The position numbers and the translations under genes were made by a program. Below the pieces are notes generated by a model. That model saw only the letters and a list, made by a program, of their open reading frames with translations. It was not told the origin of the DNA and searched no databases. This document shows positions 49,582 through 50,767 of a stretch of DNA of 50,767 bases, piece by piece. Positions within the stretch are counted from its first letter, which is position 1. Each line of letters opens with the position of its first letter. The stretch covers positions 1 to 50,767 of the forward strand of contig JBEKDF010000020.1 of assembly GCA_050014495.1 (NCBI GenBank). Direction: 5' to 3'. Source of the stretch: Candidatus Bathyarchaeia archaeon. Its GTDB lineage: Archaea; Thermoproteota; Bathyarchaeia; TCS64.

Positions 49582-49738
49582 AAATTTGCGGTGTTCACTT
49601 TATGTTCGTATGCATATGATCACTCGGGTTTCAAAGACCGCTTCAGCGAGAGCGTGCGCTCTCGAATTCTAATCGAGTTGAAGAGTTTCTCGTTGATAGC
49701 ATCCTCACGCTTGCTTTAAAGGTCATTAAACGTATGAT

Positions 49739-50386
49739 TTGCCGATTGATCACATGAGGATCGTTGTTTTCGGGGCAACAGGAGGCACAGGCAAACAACT
49801 TGTTCAAGAGGCAATTATGGCGGGTAATTATGTCGTGATTTACGCCCGCGATCCTTCGAAGATAGATATTAACAGTGAGCGTTTAACCGTCGTAAAAGGG
49901 GAGCTGACTGACGAGAGATCTATCGAGGAGGTGATTAACGGTGCAGACGCCGTATTCAGTCTTCTTGGGCCTAGAGGAAGCTCAAGTCACAGACCGCTTA
50001 CAACTGGTATGCAGAATATCGTCAAGGTAATGAAGGCTAAAGGTGTTCGAAGACTCGTTGCTTCGTCGACTTTAAGCGTAAAAGATCCGGAGGATAAACC
50101 AAATTTGATGACTAGTCTTCTCGTAGGAATCGTCAAAACTACAATGCGTGCTGCCTACGAGGACATCATTGGGATAGCAGAGACTATACGTGGCTCCGAC
50201 CTCGATTGGACCATAATTAGGATTGCATTACTAAATAACAATGTTAAAACTGGAGTCGTTAGGGTCGGATACATTGGTACCGGTCAGGTGGGTCTGGGCG
50301 TCTCTCGTATTGATTTAGCCAATTTCATGCTCGAACAAGTTGAAGACAAGAAATACCTAAGGAAGGCTCCCGCAATCAGTAATTAA
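49739..50386 (+). CDS. NAD(P)H-binding atypical SDR (biliverdin reductase B/flavin reductase-like)
   Basis: VFGATGGTG, ARDPSK, LDWTIIR and SR.DLA.FML motifs; start may be 49754. Confidence 0.9.
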   Translation: MPIDHMRIVVFGATGGTGKQLVQEAIMAGNYVVIYARDPSKIDINSERLTVVKGELTDERSIEEVINGADAVFSLLGPRGSSSHRPLTTGMQNIVKVMKAKGVRRLVASSTLSVKDPEDKPNLMTSLLVGIVKTTMRAAYEDIIGIAETIRGSDLDWTIIRIALLNNNVKTGVVRVGYIGTGQVGLGVSRIDLANFMLEQVEDKKYLRKAPAISN

Positions 50387-50409
50387 CACTCGAGATTCGC
50401 ACACTCGGA

Positions 50410-50767
50410 CTAGGGTGAGGTTCTTAGGGAGATACTGCCGACGCCGAGGTCTAGCTCAAGCTCAATCTTTGGCCCTGATGAACTTTCATAATCCTCTGTT
50501 TGGTACTCTGAGTCGCCGAAGCCCCCTCCACTCCTAAAGAATCCGCCATAAGTTCTCACACTCGTTAGCCCTCTGATGCGGGCTCTTGCGGGGATCCCCT
50601 TACCTACTGTGACGGTAACTCCGCCGACTCCGCTTCCAACATTGACTTGGGCGTCTCTCTGGAGTTTTTCCCCAGCGAAGTCGAGGTCGATGCTACCTAC
50701 GGCGCCTTTGATTCGCATCTTCTCAAAGTTGGCGTTAAGTAGGCCGGAGAGTTTTAGCTCACCTGCG
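50410..50767 (-). CDS. Toast-rack/adhesin-like beta-repeat protein, 5' end outside the window
   Basis: Frame is open to the window edge; GAVG..DLDF.G, GVG.V.V.V and LGVGSI.L repeats. Confidence 0.7.
   Translation of the reverse strand, partial: AGELKLSGLLNANFEKMRIKGAVGSIDLDFAGEKLQRDAQVNVGSGVGGVTVTVGKGIPARARIRGLTSVRTYGGFFRSGGGFGDSEYQTEDYESSSGPKIELELDLGVGSISLRTSP

Noticed and set aside
1..50767. CRISPR array or cas operon suggested by the Cas4-like gene
   Set aside because: No regularly spaced repeat-spacer series and no cas1, cas2 or effector genes were seen.

Overview
Archaeal chromosomal segment. AglB, a class III pilin signal, a tRNA-Gln with an A1-U72 pair and TATA-type promoters establish archaea. 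The gene families suggest Bathyarchaeia, which is inference only. The left ~30 kb is a cell-surface and N-glycosylation region with AT-rich stretches: a giant secreted FG-GAP/Ig/LamG protein running off the left edge (absent from the ORF track), a clan GH-A hydrolase, a CARDB protein, a type IV pilin-like protein, two paralogous AglJ-like GT2s, a GT-C-like membrane protein, small wHTH and Zn-finger genes, and aglB. tRNA-Gln(CTG) at 18015-18090 carries a ~1.6 kb GC-rich integrated remnant bounded by a 17-bp duplication of the tRNA 3' end, holding an Asp/Glu/hydantoin racemase-like gene and an IS5 fragment. Divergent from aglB is a two-gene operon: a small helical protein plus a non-canonical PriS-like primase-polymerase with a possible degenerate second AEP domain. 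This operon is the best candidate for an undescribed system. The right part holds a DtxR-FeoA/feoB operon with tandem operator boxes, metabolic and transport genes, YhaM-like and solo Cas4/Exo5-like nucleases and two frameshifted genes. GC-alternating hairpins recur in intergenic spaces. No CRISPR array or rRNA was seen. All family calls come from motifs recognised by eye; no searches were run.
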